A DNA stretch of 64,000 nt from a virus, in the IMG/VR virus record IMGVR_UViG_3300006982_000001, positions 1-64,000 of that record; one strand, 5' to 3'. The notes under the pieces were generated by a model that saw only the letters and a program-made list of their open reading frames with translations, did not search any database and was not told where the DNA came from. This document shows positions 55,541 through 64,000 of the stretch, piece after piece (position 1 is the first letter of the stretch; the number at the start of each line of letters is the position of its first letter). The position numbers and the translations under genes are program-made.

Positions 55541-57643
55541 ATGGCACAAGGAGTATCACTCGACGACCCGAACCTCGACAGCAGACTGTCGAAGTCGGAT
55601 TCTCTCGAGAAGATGGAGTTCGAAGCCTCGGTCACTCGAGGCGTTCAGACCGTCTTCAAGAAAGGAGATGACTTCGTAATCTGGGGTCCGGCGTCAGTCG
55701 AGATCGTCGATAAGGAGGGCGACAAGATCAGCGCGGAAGCGCTGGGCAAAGCCCTTCCGCAGCTCCTGCGCCGTGCCCGTCTTTCGCTCGAGCACACCGA
55801 TCAGATCGTAGGTCGAATCCTCGAACGGTTCGTCACAGAGGAGCCGGTCGAGATAGAGATCAACGGGAATCGGTACGAGCGAAGTGAGTTCCCTACGGAT
55901 GTTCTGGATCTCAACGATGGAGATCCGCCTGCGCTGTATGTGGCTGGAGAGGTCTACGATGACACTCAACAGTCCAAACGCGCGCGTGAACGTATCCAAG
56001 ACGGGGAACTGACGTCGTACTCGATCTCGGGTGAGGCACTCGTGACCCGCAAGAAGGTCGATGACGGGACTGTCTACGACGACATTCTCGATCTGGACCT
56101 TTCAGCGGTCACCCTCTGCGAGGAGGGGATGAATCAGGGTGCTGCCTACGCAAAGGTCGAGGGCGAACTATCGGACAAGGAACTCGCAGGAGAGGCGTCG
56201 GATGGCGACGTCTCAAAGGAGGATGTTCCTGTCCTCGAGCATCCCACCACGCAGACGGTGGATGCAAACGGCGCGGGCAGCGCCGATCCCCAGACAGCAA
56301 CGGTTTCGAAAAATATGAGTGACGACAACTCAGACGAGGACTCCACCGAGGAGAAGTCCGCCGCTGAGATCCTCAAGGAGCGTCTCCCCGACGATGGAGA
56401 GCTCGCTACCAAAGAGGATCTGGACGACGTCCAAGAGGACGCTGTCAAGGCAGTTCAGGACTCTCTCCCGGAGGGTAACCTCGCTACGGTAGAGGCGATG
56501 AAGTCGATCGTCGAAGACGAAGTCGCCTCGCAGATCGAAGCGGCACTCGAGCGTTCGGACGACGCTCGGAAGTCCGTCCAGCAGCTCTATGCGGAAGCGG
56601 ATACCGCAGAGGAGTTCGAGACGGCCTTCAAGCAAGAGTACGGGTCCGATATGGCCGACGTCGATGCCCCCGAGCACGACGGTAACTACGGTGGGATGGA
56701 CGGCGACAGTCCTGCTGACGATATGCAGGAGCAAGCCGGAGACGTCGACCAAGCCGGGGACTCTACCCCGGACGAAGCTGCCAGCGAAGCTGGTAACCGG
56801 ACCAGCGGAGATCGTTCACCCGATCAGGGGAGCGAGACGGGCAGCACGGACGTCAGCACGACGTCCGACAAGTCCGACGACGGTGACTCAGAGATGGACA
56901 AGCAAGAACCAGAAGGCGACGAGATGGGAACCCCATCGGACGCGCCTTCGATGGAGCCACCTCACCCGGACGACTACCAGACTCAGGAGGCGTGGCAGGC
57001 AGACTACGAAGCGTGGTCCGCCGAGTTCGAAGACTACGCCTCCGAAGAAGCGGAGGATCTGGAGTCCGGTGAGGATGGCGGCGAGGAGAAGAGTGCGGAC
57101 AACGACGAGGACGACGAGATGGAGACGGACAAGCAGGACGTCCGTGCCCACGCGTCCCAACTCGCCGACAAGTACGATATGAGCACTGAAGAAGTGCTCG
57201 AGCAGCTCGATCCCGACGGTGGGAAAGAGGGCGGCGACTACGAGGACGACGAAGACGAGCAGGAGATGGCCGTCCCTGAAGGGGAGCCCGAAGACGAGAG
57301 GGATCCCCAGATGGAGATGATGCAGGTTCTCGAAGAGTCTCTGCCATCGGATGTCTTCGAGGTCGTCCGGGAGTACGTCGGCGGCGATCAGATCGCCCGA
57401 GAAGACGCTCAGAAGATCGCAGCCGCCGCGAAGTCCAACGATTCGGGCGAGGAGTCCGATGAGGAGGACCTCGAGAAGACGGTGGCTGACGTCCTTCAGG
57501 GCGGAGCCGAAGTGCAGGGCGGAGCGGCGATCCCGACGGATCCCGAGGACAGTCAGGTCGACAAGCAATACTCCAGCCCTGATGAGGGCGGAGACGGAGG
57601 GGCGGCGGAGGCTTCGCCAGCCCTCTCCAATTTCTACGGGTGA
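55541..57643 (+). CDS. Prohead serine protease (HK97/S78-like) fused to acidic scaffold-like region
   Basis: VIWGPASVEIVDKEGDKIS...SLEHTDQIVGRI...GELTSYSISGEAL; ~450-aa D/E-rich C-terminal part; precedes capsid gene. Confidence 0.7.
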   Translation: MAQGVSLDDPNLDSRLSKSDSLEKMEFEASVTRGVQTVFKKGDDFVIWGPASVEIVDKEGDKISAEALGKALPQLLRRARLSLEHTDQIVGRILERFVTEEPVEIEINGNRYERSEFPTDVLDLNDGDPPALYVAGEVYDDTQQSKRARERIQDGELTSYSISGEALVTRKKVDDGTVYDDILDLDLSAVTLCEEGMNQGAAYAKVEGELSDKELAGEASDGDVSKEDVPVLEHPTTQTVDANGAGSADPQTATVSKNMSDDNSDEDSTEEKSAAEILKERLPDDGELATKEDLDDVQEDAVKAVQDSLPEGNLATVEAMKSIVEDEVASQIEAALERSDDARKSVQQLYAEADTAEEFETAFKQEYGSDMADVDAPEHDGNYGGMDGDSPADDMQEQAGDVDQAGDSTPDEAASEAGNRTSGDRSPDQGSETGSTDVSTTSDKSDDGDSEMDKQEPEGDEMGTPSDAPSMEPPHPDDYQTQEAWQADYEAWSAEFEDYASEEAEDLESGEDGGEEKSADNDEDDEMETDKQDVRAHASQLADKYDMSTEEVLEQLDPDGGKEGGDYEDDEDEQEMAVPEGEPEDERDPQMEMMQVLEESLPSDVFEVVREYVGGDQIAREDAQKIAAAAKSNDSGEESDEEDLEKTVADVLQGGAEVQGGAAIPTDPEDSQVDKQYSSPDEGGDGGAAEASPALSNFYG

Positions 57644-57649
57644 TCACAG

Positions 57650-59029
57650 ATGAGTAGCGAATCCATCGGTCAGCAAGAAGCGTACCAGCTCACGAAAGCA
57701 CAGCTCTCCAAGCAAGAGGAGCTGATGAAGTCCGACGCCGCGCGCGACTACCTCCAGAAGAGGCAGATCGAGCGTGGCGGAGTCGGTCAGGGCTTCTACA
57801 AGCTCCAAGGTCGGACAACGGACGGCAAGAGTCCGGGGTCGGTCACGAAGGCGGACGGGTACATCCGGACCGTCTACGATATGATCGACTACTACTACGG
57901 CTTCGTGCCGGAGTATATGCAGCAGAAGTCCGGCGGGATGAACAAGCAGGACAACTCGGTCGTCTCCACGGACGCCGGGTACCGGAACGCGGTCTACGGG
58001 TCCGAAGTGTTCTCGCTGGTCAACAGCGAGCCCAACATCTTCGCGCTCCTCGAGAACCGCGCGTGGACCAAGTCCGGTGAGCGTGCTCTCACTGAGCACG
58101 GCCACCAGCCGCTCGGTCAGGGCGGGATCGGTGAGAACGCCACCATCCCGGACACGGACCACCCACCGCTGGACGAGTTCGAACAAGATCCGGAGACGGT
58201 CGCTCACTCCTTCGACGTCTCGCAGGAGAAGCAGCTCCTCGCGCAGACTCAGGACGACGACCTCGACGATCCGTTCGACTTCCTGCGCCGCTGGTACGGC
58301 GAAGGGACTCAGCACCAGACCGGGATGGGCGAGCACCCGAAGCACCTCAACGTCCAGCTCGGCCGGAAGGTCGACGACGTCGCAGACGGGACCGTGGACG
58401 ATACGGACGACTTCCTGTCCATCGACAAGGCGATCTCCAACGGGACGGAGTCCGGGATCCTCTCGGACCCGGCCGCGAACGACCTGTACGGCTTCGATCG
58501 CTCGGCCAACGAGTTCGAAGCGAACGTCATCGAGAACGGTGGGAACGCGCTCACCTTCACGACGGACATCCTCGACGACCTCATCCGGCTGGTCAAGACG
58601 GAGTCCGGTCGCAACCCGGTGACGGACGACAACTACTTCTTCCTCACCAATCACGATACGTACCAGCGTATCGAGAACGAGGTCGGTGGGAAGGAGCGTC
58701 TGGAGCCGCAGCGGGTCAGCGTCGGCCTGCGCGGTGTCGAGACGAACCCCGGACAGGACGTCGGGATCACGGTGCAGAGCTACAAGCAGATCCCGATCTT
58801 CGAGTCCACGGACGTCCCGCAGGACGACCTCGGGCGCGTCTACCTCATCGACAGCACCACGATGTATATCAAGACCCTCCTCCCTACTCAGTTCTACTCG
58901 ACTGGTACGGAGGTCGACGCGAACCCCTACGCGATCGATCGGATGGGGAATCAGGGTCTCTACGCGACGATCGGTCAGCTCACGCTCGTCAACCCTGCCG
59001 CGCACGCGAAGGCGCGGGATCTGGCCTAA
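57650..59029 (+). CDS. Major capsid protein (presumed HK97 fold)
   Basis: Position after protease-scaffold, 459 aa; no motif check possible by eye. Confidence 0.6.
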   Translation: MSSESIGQQEAYQLTKAQLSKQEELMKSDAARDYLQKRQIERGGVGQGFYKLQGRTTDGKSPGSVTKADGYIRTVYDMIDYYYGFVPEYMQQKSGGMNKQDNSVVSTDAGYRNAVYGSEVFSLVNSEPNIFALLENRAWTKSGERALTEHGHQPLGQGGIGENATIPDTDHPPLDEFEQDPETVAHSFDVSQEKQLLAQTQDDDLDDPFDFLRRWYGEGTQHQTGMGEHPKHLNVQLGRKVDDVADGTVDDTDDFLSIDKAISNGTESGILSDPAANDLYGFDRSANEFEANVIENGGNALTFTTDILDDLIRLVKTESGRNPVTDDNYFFLTNHDTYQRIENEVGGKERLEPQRVSVGLRGVETNPGQDVGITVQSYKQIPIFESTDVPQDDLGRVYLIDSTTMYIKTLLPTQFYSTGTEVDANPYAIDRMGNQGLYATIGQLTLVNPAAHAKARDLA

Positions 59030-59771
59030 CGGCCTGATCGCGCTCCTGTTTCGGAGGAACATACGAATCATGAATTACCGACCCGGTGACCAGTTCGAAT
59101 GTAAGCGGTGCGGTGAGGAGTTCGAACTCTCTCGTTATACTCAGACCAAGCCCAAATACTGCTCCAGAGACTGCTCGGATGCGATGGGACGGAAGTCCAC
59201 GTCCGAACGGGTCAAAGTTACGTGTGAGGTATGTGAGCAGGAGGAGATGGTTTATCCGACAAGGGCGGAGTCATATCGTACCTGCTCTCGGGAGTGTAGG
59301 TCTGAACTTCAATCTAACGAGCGAAGTCCAAACTACGACTGGTCTGTACCGTCCGGGGAAGTAGGTCAGAAATACGAGAATGGTGAATCCATCTCATCTC
59401 TTGTAGATGAGTATGATACCACGAGGAAAGTAATTCGTCGCAGGTTGCAGATTGAGGAGATCGATCTGGACCATCCTGCCAGCCATAGCATCGAGACCAA
59501 TCGTGGAGAGAAGGTTCGGTCGGAGCCCGAAGAACAAGTCGCTAACTGGCTCCACGATCATGGAATCGACTATGAGTACGAACCAGATATCGAAGGTCCG
59601 TACATTCCAGACTTCATGGCCGACGGTCTGATCATTGAGGTCTGGGGGTGGGAGAGCGACGAGTACGAAGATCGACGTCAAAGCAAAACGGAGTGGTATC
59701 GAAACAATGGATACGCCGTGTTAGGCGTGAAACCCGGAGACGAGCTAACAGAGAAGCAAATATGCGTATAG
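59030..59771 (+). mobile_element. Low-GC homing-endonuclease-like gene inserted after the capsid gene
   Basis: GC drop relative to both flanks. Confidence 0.4.
59070..59771 (+). CDS. Homing-endonuclease-like protein: Zn-ribbon repeats + HTH + Vsr/PD-(D/E)xK-like nuclease domain
   Basis: CKRCG..YCSRDCSD, CEVCE..CSRECRSEL (same FCSxEC-type module as HNH genes); IPDFMADGLIIEVWGWES. Confidence 0.6.
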   Translation: MNYRPGDQFECKRCGEEFELSRYTQTKPKYCSRDCSDAMGRKSTSERVKVTCEVCEQEEMVYPTRAESYRTCSRECRSELQSNERSPNYDWSVPSGEVGQKYENGESISSLVDEYDTTRKVIRRRLQIEEIDLDHPASHSIETNRGEKVRSEPEEQVANWLHDHGIDYEYEPDIEGPYIPDFMADGLIIEVWGWESDEYEDRRQSKTEWYRNNGYAVLGVKPGDELTEKQICV

Positions 59772-60127
59772 CTACAGTTCAGTACACAGGCCGGGTGAGA
59801 AACCAGACGAAGCGTGGCCCCACCGGCGAGCGGTATCAGTTCGGTGGGTCCAAAGAGGCGTCTATCGGCTCACTCGAGGACGCTCGGCACTTCGAGAACG
59901 CTCCCAACTTCGAGGTCAGCTACACGGCGCGCGGACAGCTGATGGAGATGGTGTCGGGAGAAATCGAGGACGTCGAGGCGGCGATCTCCGAGCTGGACTA
60001 CAACGTCAAGCGATCGCTGGCAAGTAAACTCGGTCTGGAGACTGACGGGAGTGAGGAATCGGCACTCGAAGAAGCTCTCGCCGATCAGGCAGAGAGACTG
60101 CAGATGCAGATGGAGCGACAACGGTAA
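59762..60127 (+). CDS. Hypothetical head-module protein
   Basis: ATG 59762 in ORF 59648; overlaps upstream end by 10 nt. Confidence 0.5.
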   Translation: MRIATVQYTGRVRNQTKRGPTGERYQFGGSKEASIGSLEDARHFENAPNFEVSYTARGQLMEMVSGEIEDVEAAISELDYNVKRSLASKLGLETDGSEESALEEALADQAERLQMQMERQR

Positions 60128-60140
60128 GAGGTAACAACAG

Positions 60141-60428
60141 ATGTCATACACCACCACGTTCGAAGAACTCGAATTCGCCGGAGCGATGGCGATTCGGTTC
60201 CTCGAGCTCGACTTCACGGACTACGATGGTACCGAGACGTTCGACGAAAACGACGCTGGGATGAGCCGCATCCAGCACGTCGACTTCGAGACAATCGACG
60301 GCTCCGGGTTCCGAGTCGATTGGAACGAGAGCACCGGCGAACTGCAGGTGTTCGACGGAGCCACCGAAGCAACCACCGCGGGCGGAGTCAGCCCGGTCGT
60401 GCGAGCAAAAGTCACCGGGCGACAGTAA
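60141..60428 (+). CDS. Hypothetical structural-module protein
   Basis: Position in head module. Confidence 0.5.
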   Translation: MSYTTTFEELEFAGAMAIRFLELDFTDYDGTETFDENDAGMSRIQHVDFETIDGSGFRVDWNESTGELQVFDGATEATTAGGVSPVVRAKVTGRQ

Positions 60429-60442
60429 CGAGGTAGTCGCCT

Positions 60443-60892
60443 ATGGCAAAGCATCGCCGGGTCGATAGCCTCGTTGGCGTCACTGCCACGGGTGCTGGAT
60501 CCTCGGAGAAGACGCGGGGGCACACGAAGCACGCTCTGCTGGTGATCGCAGAGAACTTCGATCCCGGTCAAGACACGCTGGAGGTTCAGGGAGAGGTGTC
60601 TGCGGACGACACCTACTTCGCCCCGATCGACAGCGCGGCTCCGGCAGTGGATAACTGTCTCCAGATCGTGACGGGGGACCTGACCGAGACGGACGAGACA
60701 GGGACCTTCGCTGCCTACATCCAGCACAACGACACTCCGGCTGAACACATCCGGGCGAACGTCACGTCCTACGACAGCGTCTCAGCGGGCGCTCTCACGG
60801 TCACAGCGTACATCTTCATCGGAGGATGGGGTGGTCGTGGGAAGTCGTTCAAGGAACGTGAGGACACGCCTACGGGTCAGCTGGGGCGGTAA
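60443..60892 (+). CDS. Hypothetical structural-module protein
   Basis: Position in head module. Confidence 0.5.
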   Translation: MAKHRRVDSLVGVTATGAGSSEKTRGHTKHALLVIAENFDPGQDTLEVQGEVSADDTYFAPIDSAAPAVDNCLQIVTGDLTETDETGTFAAYIQHNDTPAEHIRANVTSYDSVSAGALTVTAYIFIGGWGGRGKSFKEREDTPTGQLGR

Positions 60893-61218
60893 TGGCGATC
60901 GACCTCGTCACTTGGCTTCTGGATAACCCGGAAGTCGGGTGGGTGGTCGTGATCCTTTACCTGATGTGGGAGATCCGTGGACCGAAGGGCAAGATCAACG
61001 ATCTCAGTGAACGGATCGCTGGGATCGTCGTGGTCGTTAGAGCCCTCGCCTCGGCCCATCGGGATATCGACACCGAGAAGGTGAACGACTACCTCATCGA
61101 GAACGGGAGTCAACCCGAGGACTTCATCGAGCAGAAGCCTCCGGTCCCGAAAGAGGATGAGTTCACCAAAGGAGACGACGAACAGGGAGCAAATCAAAGC
61201 GGATCCAGCGGAGACTAA
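60892..61218 (+). CDS. Hypothetical protein with N-terminal TM segment
   Basis: VGWVVVILYLMW. Confidence 0.5.
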   Translation: MAIDLVTWLLDNPEVGWVVVILYLMWEIRGPKGKINDLSERIAGIVVVVRALASAHRDIDTEKVNDYLIENGSQPEDFIEQKPPVPKEDEFTKGDDEQGANQSGSSGD

Positions 61219-61224
61219 TCACGT

Positions 61225-62001
61225 ATGAGCGTCCAACCACCGGATCGTCAGACGACCACGGCCTACGCAGAGCCTGCTGACGTCACGGACTTTTTCGACA
61301 AGTACGATGCGTTCCTCGACATCGGTGAGGTGCTCCTCGAGGACGGGACTGTCAAAGACAAGTCCAACGTCCAGAGTGGGGAGACCATCGACGAGGAGGG
61401 GCCGACGAACCCGTCGAAGTCACAGGTCCAGAGCCGACTCTACGCGGAGTCCAATTGGATCGATGAGCATACGGGTCACGCGTGGCGCGAGCGGCGGGTC
61501 ACGGACGAATACAAGTCCCTCGGTGGTACTCAGGCCTCGTCCACGAACTACTATTGGAGGGCGGGGACGCCGCTCAAACTGATGAAGCGGAGTATCCGAA
61601 CTCCGCTGGATCCGTCGAAGGGAGACAAGATCGAGATCTGGGAAGGTGACCAATACGAGGAGTGGGTGTCCGACTCAGAGAAGCTCGAAGGGCGAGACGA
61701 AGACTATTGGGTAGAGGAGTCGACGGGGATGCTCTACATCTACCGTCGGCGTCTGTTCTTCAACCGGCATAAGGAGATCCGAGTCTCCTATCGGTTCGGG
61801 AAAGAGAGCGTGCCGCAGATCATTCGGGACGTCTGTGCCCGAAGGGTCGCGGCTCACTACCTCGAGAGTCAGCAGTACCGCATCACGGTTCCGGGGAACG
61901 AGGAGGCTCCCGATGCCTCAGCGGTCGCGGAGAATTGGCGGGAGATCGCCGAGCAGGATCTCGCACCGTTCGCCGAAGTCCGTACCATCGGGAATCAGTG
62001 A
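61225..62001 (+). CDS. Hypothetical head-completion/connector-region protein
   Basis: Position only. Confidence 0.5.
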   Translation: MSVQPPDRQTTTAYAEPADVTDFFDKYDAFLDIGEVLLEDGTVKDKSNVQSGETIDEEGPTNPSKSQVQSRLYAESNWIDEHTGHAWRERRVTDEYKSLGGTQASSTNYYWRAGTPLKLMKRSIRTPLDPSKGDKIEIWEGDQYEEWVSDSEKLEGRDEDYWVEESTGMLYIYRRRLFFNRHKEIRVSYRFGKESVPQIIRDVCARRVAAHYLESQQYRITVPGNEEAPDASAVAENWREIAEQDLAPFAEVRTIGNQ

Positions 62002-62012
62002 GGTTTCGGACG

Positions 62013-62024
62013 AAGAGTTTTACT
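62013..62024 (+). promoter_or_regulatory. Variant A/T-rich promoter (AAGAGTTTTACT)
   Basis: ~33 nt before ATG 62051; resembles 42947 element. Confidence 0.3.
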
Positions 62025-62050
62025 ATTCGCCGCTCAATCAGTAGGTAGAT

Positions 62051-62419
62051 ATGGAGTCAGAGCTGGTCTCGGCCTGCCACGACATCGCCGAGCAGGCCGG
62101 TCGTGAGATGGCCGAGGATCTCCGTGAGGAGATGATCAGCCAGCTCGAGGGGTCCTATCAGGGGGCACCCGAGTTGGTCAACTTCATATCTGACGTCCAA
62201 GACGAAGGCGACGGATTCTCCATCGAGATTCGTCACCCCACTGCTCCGCTCCACGAGAGGGGAGGCTACATCGAGCCGTCCTATACGAAGGCGCAAGCCC
62301 TCGGATGGACACGAGACGGCTTCTACGAGGCGCTCACGGACTGTAATGAGGTCGTGGAGCGCAAGAAATACACGTTCAACGCCGTGAACGCTGTCGATGC
62401 AAAGTGGGGTGAACGATGA
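62051..62419 (+). CDS. Possible HK97 gp10-like head-tail joining protein
   Basis: IEIRHPTAPLHERGGYIEP resembles gp10-family core; position. Confidence 0.4.
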   Translation: MESELVSACHDIAEQAGREMAEDLREEMISQLEGSYQGAPELVNFISDVQDEGDGFSIEIRHPTAPLHERGGYIEPSYTKAQALGWTRDGFYEALTDCNEVVERKKYTFNAVNAVDAKWGER

Positions 62420-62925
62420 CGACCGCTAATTGGTTGCAGGATGTGCTGAATGCAGAGTGGGCGAACCCGGCAGACGACCCACTCTCCACAGATCAGCCCC
62501 AGCCGAGTACGGTCGTCGGAGGATCGCAGGCACCGAGACGTCGATCGGTTCAAGCCGATGAACCCTACATCTTCATCACGGATGGCGGGAATCCCGTGAT
62601 CGAGCCCCGCTCTGTCGGCTATCGGGAGGAGCACTCCGAAACGATCCTCTCTGTCGACATCGAGACGAACGAGGGTCGCGAGGCCCTCGTCGGAACGGTC
62701 ACGAACACCTACGGAGGCCTCGCCGGGGAGGTCAAACGAATCGTCGACAAGTATCGGCGTGGGACGGGTGACAACGCTCCGGTACCAGATCCGGGGTACG
62801 ACATAATCACCTTCGACACGTTCGAGAATGAAGTCGAACAACGTGGTGCAGATCGATGGGGTGGTGTCTGGACGGTGCGGTTCATCACCTTCGCCAGCAA
62901 GATCGGACAGGATCCAATCGTATGA
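62416..62925 (+). CDS. Hypothetical tail-completion-region protein
   Basis: ATGA coupling; position. Confidence 0.5.
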   Translation: MTTANWLQDVLNAEWANPADDPLSTDQPQPSTVVGGSQAPRRRSVQADEPYIFITDGGNPVIEPRSVGYREEHSETILSVDIETNEGREALVGTVTNTYGGLAGEVKRIVDKYRRGTGDNAPVPDPGYDIITFDTFENEVEQRGADRWGGVWTVRFITFASKIGQDPIV

Positions 62926-63173
62926 ACAGAGAAGAACTCAAAGCGGAATACGAGAACGGTCAGCTCGACCGTCCAGCTCGGCTCCGGCATCTTCGTAGCG
63001 ATATCGAGGAGCACACGGGCCTGACTGTCCCCCGCGACATCGGAGCGATCCGAGAGTGGTGGGACAAGAATAAGGCAGTCGTCGCTCGTAAGCTGAACGA
63101 GGACGATGCGGAGTCCGACGAGGACGAACCAACAGACGAGGCAGATACGGAGGAAACTACCAACGATGAGTGA
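62922..63173 (+). CDS. Hypothetical acidic protein
   Basis: ATGA coupling. Confidence 0.5.
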   Translation: MNREELKAEYENGQLDRPARLRHLRSDIEEHTGLTVPRDIGAIREWWDKNKAVVARKLNEDDAESDEDEPTDEADTEETTNDE

Positions 63174-63648
63174 ACGACCACAGAAATTCGTGAGAGCGAT
63201 GTATTACCTCCAGCAAAGCGGATACGATGAAGTCCGTGAGTACGTGGAGGAACTCGAGGAACAGTACGGCGAAGATCTCCGGGCCGAGGACGAGGAGTCA
63301 AACGACGAGGTCGACGAGTCCGGCGACGAGTCAGAGGCGGAGGAATCGGAGCCTGAAGAGGACGTCGATCCTGAGCCGCCTGAGGACGCCACAGAGGAGT
63401 CCGACGAAGAGACGACGGAGGATGCGGAGGAACCAGACACCTTCGCTGAGGGCTTCGCTGAGGCGGTAGAGGAGGACGACCTGACTCGGTACACGGTCGG
63501 CGACCTCGAGAGTAACATCGGTGACGTCGACGATGCCGAACTGCTTGAGCAGGCCTTCAGGACCGACAGCCGAACAACGGCTCAGGATGCCTACGCGGAT
63601 CGGTATCAGGAGCTCACCGGCAGCGACCTCGAGGGTGATGACGAATGA
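63166..63648 (+). CDS. Hypothetical highly acidic protein
   Basis: ATGA coupling; E/D-rich centre. Confidence 0.5.
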   Translation: MSERPQKFVRAMYYLQQSGYDEVREYVEELEEQYGEDLRAEDEESNDEVDESGDESEAEESEPEEDVDPEPPEDATEESDEETTEDAEEPDTFAEGFAEAVEEDDLTRYTVGDLESNIGDVDDAELLEQAFRTDSRTTAQDAYADRYQELTGSDLEGDDE

Positions 63649-64000
63649 GTACGTCAGTCACAGGTGCTCACACGATCTGGGTCTACCTCTGGGAAGACGA
63701 CGACGCCTTCAATCAGGATCCCGGAGTGCCGACCGAGAACGTCAGCACCGACGCCGACCAGAAGATCTTCGGGATCAACGAGACGATGGACGCGCAGGAT
63801 CGGGAGAACAATCCCGAGCGGATGTTCCGTCCGTTCAGCCGATCCGCGGAGGACATCATCGAGACTCAGTTCGATGGGTCGTGGACGGCCGACTTCGTCC
63901 TCACGAACTCGTGGTGGCTTCAGTTCTTCTTCGGAGACCCGACGGTCACGGAGGTTACTGCCGGGACCGAGTACGAGCACTTCTACGAGACAGATCCCCG
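63645..64000 (+). CDS. Hypothetical structural protein, 5' part (continues beyond window)
   Basis: ATGA coupling at 63645; frame open to window end (MSTSVTGAHTIWVYLWEDDDAFNQDPG...). Confidence 0.55.
   Translation, partial: MSTSVTGAHTIWVYLWEDDDAFNQDPGVPTENVSTDADQKIFGINETMDAQDRENNPERMFRPFSRSAEDIIETQFDGSWTADFVLTNSWWLQFFFGDPTVTEVTAGTEYEHFYETDP

Noticed and set aside
58686-59069. An N-terminal extension of the Vsr-like endonuclease ORF.
   Set aside because: It overlaps the capsid gene out of frame and is Arg/Ser-rich. The GC drop and ATG 59070 mark the real start.
57644-59071. A 475-aa minus-strand ORF. Similar long minus-strand ORFs occur at 48522..49688, 36100..37080, 29410..30354, 31036..31830, 43000..43740 and 45088..45843.
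   Set aside because: These are Arg/Leu/Val/Pro-rich translations lying exactly antisense to acidic + strand genes with recognisable motifs (capsid, minor head protein, AAA+ and others). They are typical shadow ORFs of GC-rich DNA, with no promoter motif on the minus strand.

Overview
The window looks like part of a GC-rich, acidic-proteome haloarchaeal tailed dsDNA virus (Caudoviricetes) or provirus, resembling tRNA-rich haloviruses. This identification was not checked against any database. Every supportable gene is on the + strand. The long minus-strand ORFs in the track look like antisense shadows.

Gene order:
- A replication module: the 3' part of a family B DNA polymerase, an RFC-like clamp loader and a DNA methyltransferase.
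- A 7-deazaguanine (preQ0-type) precursor cluster: queD, queE, a PRTase, folE, a YhhQ-type transporter and a second T-fold protein.
- About 60 small, mostly acidic or zinc-ribbon ORFs.
- dCTP deaminase and ThyX.
- An AAA+ / HExxH / VWA trio.
- One orphan tRNA, then three promoter-headed tRNA operons. These hold 24 tRNAs covering all 20 amino acids, including an initiator-type tRNA. An SNase-like nuclease gene sits among them.
- A packaging and head module: a small-terminase candidate, TerL, portal, Mu-F/SPP1 gp7-like minor head protein, DNA ligase, prohead protease-scaffold and major capsid protein.
- The start of the head-completion/tail genes.

Main signals beyond ordinary annotation:
1. At least seven homing-endonuclease-like or methyltransferase insertions sit in low-GC islands at the 3' ends of conserved genes or of a tRNA. 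Several leave duplicated or displaced target-gene ends behind.
2. A very stereotyped BRE/TATA promoter (AATAGATTTATA) occurs about 26 times. It has two rigid leader classes.
3. Several tRNAs are structurally odd: an 8-nt anticodon loop, expanded D-loops, C33, and non-canonical D and T loops.
4. Several reading-frame discontinuities occur, one of them at a C7 run.
5. Two intergenic regions are rich in repeats.

All coordinates were indexed by hand. tRNA ends may be off by 1-2 nt, and function calls rest on motifs recognised by eye.
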